Shown here: in pieces, positions 38,763 to 49,462 of the stretch
Layout of the letters: each line of letters opens with the position of its first letter
How positions within the stretch are numbered: the stretch's first letter is position 1
Assembly: GCA_013239625.1 (NCBI GenBank)
Contig: MU053430.1
Span: forward strand, 19,838-69,299
Direction: 5' to 3'
Source: Lama guanicoe
Taxonomy: Eukaryota
Length of the DNA stretch: 49,462 nucleotides
Program-made: the position numbers and the translations under genes
The notes under the pieces: model-generated
The model's input: only the letters and a program-made list of their open reading frames with translations
Databases searched by the model: none
What the model was told of the DNA's origin: nothing

Positions 38763-38822
38763 CTCATCAAAATTGCGCAGATAATAGGAAACAAAATACA
38801 ACAAAAGGCTTCTGCTATTGTC
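38763..38822 (-). pseudogene. FMN2: FMN2 60-nt FH2-domain exon copy (the preceding exon)
   Basis: ctag|GACAATAGC...GATGAG|gtcaga translates to [20 protein letters not shown], against recalled [20 protein letters not shown]. A 136-nt GT-AG intron leads to the next exon. Confidence 0.92.
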
Positions 38823-38910
38823 CTAGGCAGAAAGACCAAAGTAATTAGAAATAGATTTTGCAAATTATTACATATACAGTGTCAAATAAAATTAATTCCA
38901 GTAAATCCAC

Positions 38911-38947
38911 ATATTTAGATGAGAATATTTAGATGAGAATATTTAGA
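38911..38947. repeat. 14-bp tandem repeat, ~2.6 copies
   Basis: atatttagatgaga atatttagatgaga atatttaga. Confidence 0.9.
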
Positions 38948-41900
38948 ATGAAAGGTGAAATTCTGTTTCACGTTACTTTAGCTTAATACCACAGAAGACC
39001 TTGTGTTCCCCACTGTTCCAACCTAATCTCCAAGTGGAAGCACAGCGGTTTCAGGGTCGAGTCTCAACTGTGAACACTTTCCTGTTTTCACCCTCCTCGA
39101 TCAGAAAATTAGCTCATTAATTTTTATGTTTTATTATTAAAAGTATAAATACCATCTAAACTGAAAAGGCAAACTCTCTCCAGCATTTCTGCACAGCTGG
39201 ACCAACAGTGCCACTCCAAAAGTGAGTCTGACCGAGGCTTGTTAGTTTGCAGATTAAGAAAATTTTAAAGTTAAGTATTATTTCAAGTAAGCTGGAGCTT
39301 TAAAAAATGCAAATATATATTATTAATCGTGTTAGCAATTGAGATGTCAAAATTAACATCCAGGCAGCTATATGTAACCCAAAATGTGTGTAGTTCTAAA
39401 GAAAAAAAGTAAAATTGTTTTGTATCTAACAAAGAAGAAGCTGTTCGCCTTTTTTCTGGCACATTTAGAGATATTAATTTTTATTTTTTTCATTGCTCAA
39501 AATCTGGATGTGTGAAACCTAAAACATATTATAAAACACCCTCTGTAATACAAGCTTTGTTTCCTATAATGTTCAGTCAGTCAGGACTTCTTCCCCCATT
39601 GATAAAAAGAGCAACATCGCTTTATAATCAAGTTTGACATGGCATGATAATGTATCTATTAGATTACCCACATAGTAATATAGTCTATACTACCAACATA
39701 TCTATATACAGAATATGCACAGTTATGATAATAAAAGTGATATATTTATAAGAAACAGGATTGTCTGTAAAATGATTTAAGCAACTTGATTTCTTTGTCT
39801 TTCCTAACTTGTAAATCAGTGAAATGACTAGCAATACCTGAATCAATTAACAGAACATGTATTAAATGCCTGCTGATAGGCACACAGAGCAAAATTAATT
39901 CCGAGTGATCGGATCCACGTGGATATACAAATAGTACTAACTATATACATGTATAACTATATAAATATAGTTATATGTGTTTTATAGAGAAAGAATGAAA
40001 TCAGGAAGACTTTGCATAGCTCTTGTGAAATTATAAAAAAATCTTGCTTCCTGCTTCATTGCTTTTTATCCAGATTACTTCTTAATTATTTAAATTAATG
40101 AAATTTAACTTATTGGAGGATTGAATAAGATATATTTACCAATACAAAAAATTCTCTTATTCATATACAGTTATCATTCTCAGACTCTGTTTCAGATTCA
40201 TTTTTATAAGTAACATTTACAAAAATGACTTGTTTCAACCCAAAAATCAGTTGTTAAAAACTATTCAAGAGCTAGCATATGTTTAGAAGAAAGTGGCTTT
40301 TTTTTTTTGAAGAAATGTGATTTATCAGGTTGCCAAAGTGGAGGTTCCTATGAAAGTGTGCATCATACAAATAAACAGCATTTGAACAAATATAGCCATA
40401 AAAAATCACAAAAAGTGCATGCTGTTGGTGTTCTACGCAAGAATGATATTCTCCCCAATTTTGGGAAAGCCCACTGTCTGGCATTTCAAAGAAGCCCGAT
40501 GAAAGCCAAGTTAAGAGGAAAAATACAATGCAGAAAAGCACAGTTATCCTCACATTTATTCATGACATGTGTGCACAGAAGATTCTGCATTTTCCGAATG
40601 GAAAGAGCCCACCCATAGCCTGGATGCCATCTACAAGATCCTATGGTGTGCTCACTGCTCATGTTTGTCCAGAAACCTGGCATTTTCCTTGTCTTTGGAG
40701 GACTGGCCATGCTTTTCCATTATTTCCAGTTCATCTCATTGTGCTCTGTGGAAAAACAAAAGCCAAGTGGTTGTTAGATAATCATGATGTTAAATACAGG
40801 AAAATTCTATACATTTTGATATTTTTAACATCTGTTTGAGGTAAAATTTGACTTAATTCATGATGCATTTTAAAATGTTTAAATATGTTTAATGCACACC
40901 AGATCATCTCCAAATCTTCCAAATGCTATTGGCGATTAGTGACGTTCCCATATAAATAATAAATATTTTTTATTTATTCCAGCATGCTTTAAAACAGTAC
41001 AGTTTTCCTCCCTTGTTTTTAGCTGTTTATAATGCTCTCTGGAATGCAAGACTTTCATTTTAAAGTGGTATTTCTCTCAGAAATTAATCAAGTTAAATTT
41101 GAAAGTAATTTGATCCTAAAGGTGTTATAACATTTTTAAAGAAAAAAAATATATATTTAACTATTGCAATCATTCTTTCTGCCTCTTTGTTTTGGGAAAA
41201 GTACAATTTAATTATTAAGTCATGGGACAAAAATAAAAGATTTTGATTCTTTCAAAAATTCTTCCAACACAAAAATGTCTCCAGGCTTCTTTTCTTTTTA
41301 ACTGTCCTATTTCACCCTTTAAAACCCAAGCTAAAAATTTGTTGTCCTAAGTTTGGTTCTTTATAGGAGAGGATCCTCTGCACTTTAATCTAAAGCAGAA
41401 TATTTTATAGGTTTCAAACAACACAAATTTTATTCTTAATAGAGAATTTAGATGATTTTTATTTTCAGTCTTATCTCTATAATTCACAAAGAAGTTTCAA
41501 AGTATTTTCTACACTTTCTAAGTGCATTAAGAAGTCAGTAGACCACCATATCTTGGGTTTGAGTCTAGTCCCCAGAAGTTAAAATCCCTTCAACATTTTC
41601 TGTTGTTTGAACATAAAGGCAGCTCAGCCATAAACTGCTGTAAATGATAGAACCTGAGAGATTTCTAACAAAGCTATTTTGTGTTTTCTACTCACTGACT
41701 GATTTGAAATACAGGCTTTTCTGTTAATGGGATTACCTAGCAAAGACTAGTTCCTCAAAGGAAGCTTCTTTCAGCAGGGAAAGAAGATTTAATGACAGAC
41801 CAATAGATCTTCTGAGGGCTTGATCCATTTGACTTTTGGAAGGTAATACAACAAAAGGATACAGAGAAATAAAGGAGATGGTTTGGCTTCAGTATAACTT

Positions 41901-42118
41901 ACACTAAAAAGCCTGCCTTGCCCACCTTGATCTTCATTATAACAAGTCTCTGTCCACAATAACACAGAACCTTATATTTGCTCTGTTCTGTACTTACTAC
42001 AATGTCTTACTGGTGCTACACATGTATGTCTACTTCTTCTACTGACTGGAGCTTATTGGCGAGAAGGGCTATGTCCTGTGTATCTCTGTGGTCCTAGTGA
42101 CCAGTATGATTCATGGTA

Positions 42119-42416
42119 CAGTCCTGCCCTCTGTATCCACGGGGTCTGCATTTGTGGATTCAACCAAACACAGGTCCAAAATATTCAGGGCAAAAAATTC
42201 CATAAAGTTCCAAAAAGCAAACTTGAATTTTCTGTGCTCCAGTAACAATTCAGATAGCATTTATGTTGTATTAGAAATTATATATAATCAAGAGGTGATT
42301 TCAAGTATACAGGAGGACGTGAGTGGGTTATATACAAAATAGGAATAATTTTATTTAAGGGATTGAGCCTCTAGGGATTTTGGTAGCAATCCCTTGCAGA
42401 TACCGAGGGATGACTG
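42119..42416. mobile_element. MER2-like Tigger (Tc1/mariner) MITE nested in an L2 3' end (~41900-42450)
   Basis: TA|CAGTCCTGCCCTCTGTATC ... GATACCGAGGGATGACTG|TA: imperfect TIRs with a TA target duplication. Confidence 0.92.
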
Positions 42417-43662
42417 TATGTAGTTAGAAGTCATTAATTGTTTTAAAAACAGAAAAATTAAATCAGTAATTGAATAGGAAAAACCAAGGCCTCCGTCCTT
42501 GGAGAAGGGACAGGTAAGAGGAGGAAAGTTAATGGCAAGAGAATCAAAATAAGAAATATCGAGGACATAATGATATACAGATAATGCCAAATGTTTACCA
42601 TCATCCTAGAGTAAAATGAGGGTCTTCATGAGGTAATTTGAAACCCAAATAGATACCTATGCATGCTTGAGACAGAACTGGTTATGTCAAACACTAAGAT
42701 ACAAATAGATAGATTAAAAAAATAAGAAGGCTGCGTCCAGCAAAGGTACATGTGAATTCACTCATCTGTACATTCATTCAACACAATGCTCTCGTGTACA
42801 TATCATTCATGTCTTAAGCAGGAATATGTATGTGTAGGAAGTTACAAAAATTAGAACTAAAACTTAATGTTAATCAAATCTGCAATATTCTGCTATTTAT
42901 TGCTACAGCAAGACCAGCTGTTTCTTCTTGCATGACATCTTGGTTTTTTCCTTCCAAAACATATGGCATCAAGCAAAAGTCAGTAATTTTCTACCTGTTA
43001 AAAACTCCAATTTCTCAATCTTATCAGCAACTATCAGCAGCTATATCAATGCTATAAATTCATGCCAGAACTTAGAGGTAATCTCAATACTTTTGGCTTT
43101 GACCCCTTCAAAGTTAATATAATCTCAAGTGTTCTCCCCTGGTTCTTCTTTTAAAAAAATGAATTTTAGGGATTATTTACTCATCCACCCATTCAATCAA
43201 AAGCTGACTGTTTATCAGGCATTACACTAGGCACTGGAGATAACAAGATAAATGCTGGGCTTCAGATTCCATCAAAATGCCACCTCACAAAATACCCATT
43301 TGCGCATAATACCACTCTTGTTTGCTTAAACCTTCTATAGTGATCTTCTTCTTCTGCTTTTTAAAACTGTATATAACCCTCTATGAAGAGGATGTTGGTG
43401 ATCTCATTGCCATACCAGTGGTGATGAGAGTTACTTATTGAAATAGGTTCATTTTTTCTTATGGCCAAAGCTATGTGCAAAGTAGCTACACACTAACACA
43501 TTGATTACCAACATAAAGGAACTTCCAAGTTGTAAACATTTAAATAACAAACCTTCCATCTCCAAATCCCAGGCACATACCTTCTAAGTTTAAATCATTT
43601 CAGTCTCCAGGACAGGGGCTATCTTTTGGTTATTTCCTTTCTTTTCTGTTCACCCCTTCCCA

Positions 43663-43720
43663 NNNNNNNNNNNNNNNNNNNNNNNNNNNNNNNNNNNNNN
43701 NNNNNNNNNNNNNNNNNNNN
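43663..43720. other. Assembly gap (58 N)
   Basis: N run. Confidence 1.
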
Positions 43721-44379
43721 AATGAGCTAGTGCTGCTAAGTCGGAGGCTTTCACTGGTTACCAAAGATTCATCCCACCCAACATCCAGACATACTATTCA
43801 CCCAACCACTGGCTAGAATGGATCCAGATTCCTGGCTGTCATCTCTGATTTCACCAAATATTTTGACCTTCACTGCCCTAAACCCACAGAACCCTGACAC
43901 TGAACCCTGCTATTTCAACGCCTGAGAAAAACTGTACCTTTCCCAGAGAGGGGTTGGGGAGCAGGGGTGGAGAGGGAGAGGAGGATGTTGAGAGGGACTG
44001 ATGCACAGTTCTGTGGCCGAGTCTGTTAATGACACCCAGCAGGTGTCTCTCCAGTGCTGTTCCAGAGAACGCGGACTTGGATCCCTGAGAGTCGGTAAGT
44101 ACTGCTGCATGGGCCGTCCACCTTGAGACTCACGGTGCTAGACAAACACTCTTAGAAGTTATGTTGTTGACAAACTGTTTCATCTTAACAGTGATCCCCA
44201 TACTTACTCCATCATGAAACATGTTTGTGTGTGAGAGACAGAAAAAGAGAAAGACAGAGAGACAGAGACAGAGAGAACATGACAGTAACACTCCCAAGGA
44301 CCCAGTGTTCTAAGGGATACGGGTGAAAACAGTGTGCCAGGCCAGACTTTCACCAGTTCCTTAATTCAGTTTCTACAAT

Positions 44380-45515
44380 GTTCATACTATTTCTACTCTA
44401 AATCTAATCTTTAAATCTTTGCCTCTGTCCTCAAAAACCACCATGCCTGTCACTCTTAGGCTTGCCTCCTAATACTGTCCCCTTTGATGACAGTACTATA
44501 CCCTCTGTCCTGGATTTCCTCCCACCCCTCTGTCAACCTCCTCAGTCTTCATGGCCCAGGCTGAAGCCCTTGTTTCCATTATAAGCCTTTGTTTTCCCTT
44601 CATATCCACACAGGTAACTACTTTGTCAACATTTCCAAGAAGCATCTTGGATCACATGAAAATCTAAAAATAAACTCAATTTTCTTCCCCTAAATATTCA
44701 GTGATCCTGATTACTGGAAACTGGAAACTAGTCACCCAGCCACAAAGCTGAGAGTCATCTAAACATCCCTCCCTACTTTGCCTCCGCATCTGATGCATCA
44801 CTAAGTCTCCAGTTCACTTACTTCCCTCCATTTCCATGGCCATAACCCTTGTCCAAACTACCTCCTCTCTCAATTTGCCTCTTTGATACTGGGCTTAGTC
44901 TCCTCATAGCCATCCGTGGCTCTCTCTAATATAAGTCCTACAGGGCACACAGTTTTATTTCTTAAAGATGTGGACCAGAGCATGTACTCTATGTCAATCT
45001 ACTTATGACTCTGTAATAACTAACGGGCATTCTTAGAATAACACCCTAGACCTTGGGTGCCTACGATGCCTGCATGGCTCACCTTCCTCCGCCTCCCATC
45101 TCAGGTCTTGCTCCCACGTGCTGAACACATTGGTCTTGGTGGCTTTCATTCAGTTCCACAAACATTTCACATTCCTCTTTCATAAATGCTGTGTCCTGTG
45201 TCTAGAACATTCCCCACGCTTCTCAGCTTCCACAGTACCCACTACCTCATTTCAGCCCCAATCTCTCTACCTTGGGGAGGCCTTCCTTACCCTCCACATC
45301 CATGCAGAATCCCCCTGGTAATATAACCCCACTGTACAAATTCCCTTCGCCTCACAGCATGTGTCACAGCTGTGCATGGATACATAAGGCTTGACTCCCA
45401 CATTCGAAGGAAAGCTCCATAAGCACAAGGACAATGTCTGTTTTGTCATCATCACAACCAGAGCACATGCCTGAAATAAAGCAGATGCTTAGTAAATGTC
45501 TGATGGCATAATAAT
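44380..45515 (+). mobile_element. LINE2 fragment
   Basis: Pyrimidine-rich, ending 'aagctccataagcacaaggacaatgtctgttttg...atgcttagtaaatg'. Confidence 0.7.
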
Positions 45516-46099
45516 GAATGACTGGAACTTATTATATAAAAATTCCTGATGTCCTAGCTCCTCATTCAGTCTCACCTTTCCTCTGTTTCTCTCCTTTCTG
45601 CAACAGGAGCTGCAGACTACCAGGAGCTGAAGTGGTGGGTTACAGTTCCAGCGGGAGTCTGATTTGGAAGTGGTAAAGGTTAACATACTTGGTGACATCA
45701 GTGATGACAGCCAAGAACTGGGTTCTGTGCTGGACGGGGTTCACGGGAGAGTGTGCCTGGTCTCAGGGAATAGTTTTCTTTCCTTTATACCCAGGTATTA
45801 AATCCAGTATCAGCAGCAACCTGGCTCTGTAATTTATCTCTTTATTTCTCCCTCTTCAGTCCTTTATTCTTTGCTATCTAAACTTCACACTCCTTTCTCC
45901 CCCAGTCACTTCCCTGAATCCCTTCACAACCCTCTCTCTACTTGTGCAGCAAAATATCTTGAAGGTACACTGACTTCTTTTCTCATCTTTTGCTTGGTTT
46001 TTGAATCCCTGTAATCTGGCTTTTGTTCTCACTTAGATCACTCTCACTAAGCCCAAAAATGATCTTCTTAGACCCAAGAATCTCATCTATAGATAAAGC

Positions 46100-46310
46100 A
46101 AGAGCTCAGTTTTACTGGGCCCTTAGTAATGATCAGGTATTCTGCAACTTACTGTACATGTATAATGTCACAGACACAGGCATTATTAGCAGCAACAGCA
46201 TCATCCCCATTTGAACAATGAGAAAGCTGAGTCTTAAGTCCCAACCAATAAGCACAGGTGCCAAGGTTCAGACAAAGTTGGAGTGGCTCCCAAGCCCTCA
46301 TCCATCATCT
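46100..46310 (-). mobile_element. MIR SINE
   Basis: Core 'atccccatttgaacaatgagaaagctgagtcttaag'. Confidence 0.65.
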
Positions 46311-47009
46311 CCTGGTGTCAATGGCCCTATGCTGGTGTCACTTCACAAAGCTCTACTGAGTCTAGACCACCTCCTGAAGTGGCCCAGGTCCTTAAAAACC
46401 AACATGGGGCCAAGATGAAGTCACTCCATTGCTTGCCAGTCCTTCTTGTGACTAAAAGTCCTGGCACTAAGACCACAAACAAACACAGGAAAGCGATGAA
46501 AAATGGAGGGAAGGCTGACTGGCCAGGAAGCTGACAATGTGAGGAGTCGTGAAGCTCCCCGGGTTTTCTTTCCCCTCACCGCTGATGAGGTGCTGGAGAA
46601 GCCTGGATCTGGAACCACCAGAAGATAAGGGTTGTAAATAAAGCCTCTCCCCACCTCTAGCCCAGGGACAGGGGAACGGATGTCTGGCAGAAATAGCCTT
46701 GTTCTTAATACTGGCTCTACTCCAGCCAAAAACCAAAAGAAAAACTGGCCCCTTGTGGAATCAGTGTGGCTACATGCAGAACTGGACATGCAGCCTGACC
46801 TGGCAGCACTGAGGTAAAGGTGGTGAGTGGGAGGAGTGCTACTCAGCAATCTGCTTCCCCCATCCTCCACCCCACAGGGTCTAGGGTGCCAGCAGGTGCT
46901 TCCTCACCCCCTCCCCCAGCAGCAACGAGGCAGATTGAGGTGTCTCAGTGGTGATACTGAGCCCTGCAATACAACTAGGACATGGGGAAAGACATAGATG
47001 TTTTTATTA

Positions 47010-47968
47010 AAGAGAATGCACAGAAGACAAACACATGAGAAGATGGTCATTTGCCATTAGGAAACTGCAAATTAAAATCACAATGAGATATTACTCTATA
47101 CCTATCTATTAGAAGAGTGAAAACTTTTTAATATGGTGACAATACCAAGGATGTGGCAAAATTAGATACCTCATAAATTGCTTCTGAGAATGTTAAAATG
47201 GTACAGCCATTATGGAAAATAGTTTGGCAGCTTCTTAAAAATACATTCTAAATATACATTTAATATACAACAAAGCAGATGCAATGCTGGTCACTTATCA
47301 CAAAGATATGAAAATGTATCCACACACAAAAGTTAATACATATGAATATTTGAAGCAGTTTTATTTGTAATAGCTGAAACTTCAACACAACCCAAATGTC
47401 CCTCAATGTATGGAACAAATTTTGGTGCATTCATACCACGGAATACTACTATTCAACAATGGAAAGAAGTGAACTTTTGATACACTCAACAATTGGATGG
47501 ATCTCAAGGGAATTAATTCTACTGAGTGATAAGTAGCCAATATCAAAAGGTTACATACTCTATTACATACTACTTAACACTCTCAAAAATGACAAAAATT
47601 ACAGAGATGGAAAACAAATTCGTGACAGCAAGGGGTCAGGAAAAGGAAAAGGGAAAGAGTGTGAGAGATTTTGCAGAGGAGGAACAATTTTATATCTTGA
47701 CTGTAGTGATGGTTACACAAATCAACATGTAGTAAAACTGCACAGATACATACAGGCATACATGCACACACACATACACGGGTGCACGGGAAACCAGCAA
47801 AGTCACAAAAAGCTCTATGGATCATACCAATGTCAATTTCCAGATTTTAAAACTGTACTACACTTTTGTAAGTGTTATCATTCAGGAAAACTGGGTGAAC
47901 GCTACCTAGGATCTCAGTGTACTAATTATGCTATAATTATTTCAAAATAAAAACTTAAAAGAAAAGAA
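47010..47968 (+). mobile_element. L1MC-like 3' portion
   Basis: From 'caaattaaaatcacaatgagata' through 'caatgtcaatttccagatttt' to 'aattatttcaaaataaaaactt'. Confidence 0.85.
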
Positions 47969-48734
47969 ATCAATGTGACCAATTGATCATCTGTTCCTTT
48001 ATGTCCACAGTGTCCATCCTCTAAATATCCAACTTTGGTTTATGGCCATCAGGTCCAAACACCCAAGCAAGAAGTCTTCTTCCAGTCTCTCCTCTCCACA
48101 TCCAGTGAGGCAACACTTCCTATCTAGGTCAGCCCTGAAAAAAGTGTCAGAAGCAGATTTCTCCCTCTCCAATCTCACTGCCACTCCAGAATGCTATGGC
48201 CACATCCATCTGTGTCAGTCTCAACCCCTACCCAAATCCCATTCCAATTCCCCTATGTATTACCTTCCTCCAACTCAGAATTCCTCACCCCAAATACATT
48301 TTATAAGAACAGCCCCAAATATTGCCTCACCATGAAGATTAACCCAGGTCCCCCAAGATCAAGAAATCGTGGTCTCTTCAGCTACTATCCTGTTCTTTCT
48401 ATATAAGTCGAGCCTAGCACTTACCACATTAGGCTGTAATTATTTGTTGTGTCCCAGGGAAATACAAATGCTCCCAGAAAACTCCTAGGGGCTGAACCTG
48501 ATTGTCAATCTACACAAGACCAGGCCAAGAAAGAGCAGAAGCTGGTACTGACAAGCCTTCCTGACCTGTGACCTCCCAGCCTGGTCACACATGCATCCAT
48601 GCACATGCAAACTCCCTCACACTCAGAGGGGAGACACAGTGGCAGATGATGACCCTTCCCAGGATCTACCCATCCTCAAGCTTCAATCAGCTCAGTTTGC
48701 ACCACTGCTAACCACATTTAAGTCTTCATTAAGT

Positions 48735-49335
48735 AGTTATTTATTTATTTTTGCTTTTCCTCTATTATTTGCTATGAAATCTTCCAAAGCCAAAGGTTAC
48801 TTCCCATGAAAAATGAACAAATTAATTTTCTATCAGACGACTAAAGAATGACTGAACTATGCTGGCATATACATTCACGTGTAGATTTGGAAAAAGTCAT
48901 AGGTTTATTAAAATAAAGTGAAATATATTATTGTTTCTCATGCAATTCATTTATTCTTCCGTTTGCATTCATACTGGATTATGTAAAGTGAATTACATTT
49001 GGGATAAAGTAGTAACAAACTGATTAAAAAAATCCATTACTCGGTGTACAAGGGATCCAAGGAGATCTTACTGACAAGCAGGCATTTGAGCTAAGACCTG
49101 AAGGAAGGAGGGAGACCACCATGTATGTGTCCAGGGAGGATTCAATGCAGAGGGAAGGGAAATGGGGAGGTGGGACGGATGGTGATTCATGCATGGGGCT
49201 GTCATCATTGTTCTTACTGGGTGATCACTACAAGGGATCCAGGGAGATCTTACTGACAAGCAGGCATTTGAGCCGAGCCATGAAGGAAGGAGGGAGACCA
49301 CCACATGTGCATCCAGGGAGGATTCAAGGCAGAGG
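48735..49335 (+). repeat. Paralogous copy of the ~995-1570 segment, with an internal deletion and a tandem repeat of 182-bp period
   Basis: 48735-49030 matches 995-1300; 49047-49153 and 49229-49335 match 1464-1570; 49154-49335 matches 1388-1570. The ORFs MVVSLLPSGLSLNVCLSVRS and VVVSLLPSWLGSNACLSVRS mirror each other. Confidence 0.9.
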
Positions 49336-49384
49336 ACCACAGAATGATATTTTTTACAAATCATATTTCTGAAAAGAGCCTTTT

Positions 49385-49462
49385 ATCTAGAATATATAAT
49401 TTCTAATACATATTTCTCCAAAAGAAGATATACAAATGGCCAACAATCATATGAAAGGAAAG
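49385..49462 (+). mobile_element. L1 ORF2 fragment running off the edge
   Basis: 'atttctccaaaagaagatatacaaatggccaacaatcatatgaaa'. Confidence 0.8.

Noticed and set aside
40272..40839. Overlapping 70-103-aa ORFs as the missing FMN2 exon
   Set aside because: No FH2 motif (GNYMN, GQADGF) in any listed translation.
46421..46870. 149-aa minus-strand ORF
   Set aside because: No homology recognised; consistent with a chance ORF in GC-richer sequence.
1..49462. CRISPR arrays, rRNA/tRNA genes or prokaryotic systems
   Set aside because: The sequence is mammalian; I saw no regularly spaced repeat-spacer array or structural RNA gene.

Overview
Mammalian, non-bacterial, repeat-rich genomic DNA with two assembly gaps (28874-29196, 43663-43720). 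The L1 3' ends and the absence of recognisable Alu, Bov-A/tA, PRE1 or SINEC elements suggest an artiodactyl, probably a camelid (inference). I see no complete intact host gene. Recognisable content: (1) an intronless, highly diverged CTAGE5/MIA2-like retrocopy at 3426-4020, broken only by a frameshift at a 17-bp tandem duplication and apparently lacking the middle of the parent mRNA; (2) the tail of a P/Q/A-rich ORF at the left edge; (3) a ~12-kb stack of plus-strand L1 pieces containing an 836-bp near-perfect tandem duplication, ORF2 halves in permuted order, and a young TSD-flanked L1 with an open ORF2 C-terminus; (4) two consecutive FMN2 FH2-domain exons on the minus strand (38763-38822, 38504-38626), with two +1 frameshifts and no neighbouring exons visible; (5) a paralogous copy of the 1.0-1.57 kb flank at 48.7-49.3 kb. 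The overall picture is a mosaic segmental-duplication region linked to a diverged CTAGE-like retrogene. All family assignments come from recalled sequences, not database searches, and repeat boundaries are approximate unless a TSD or TIR is given.
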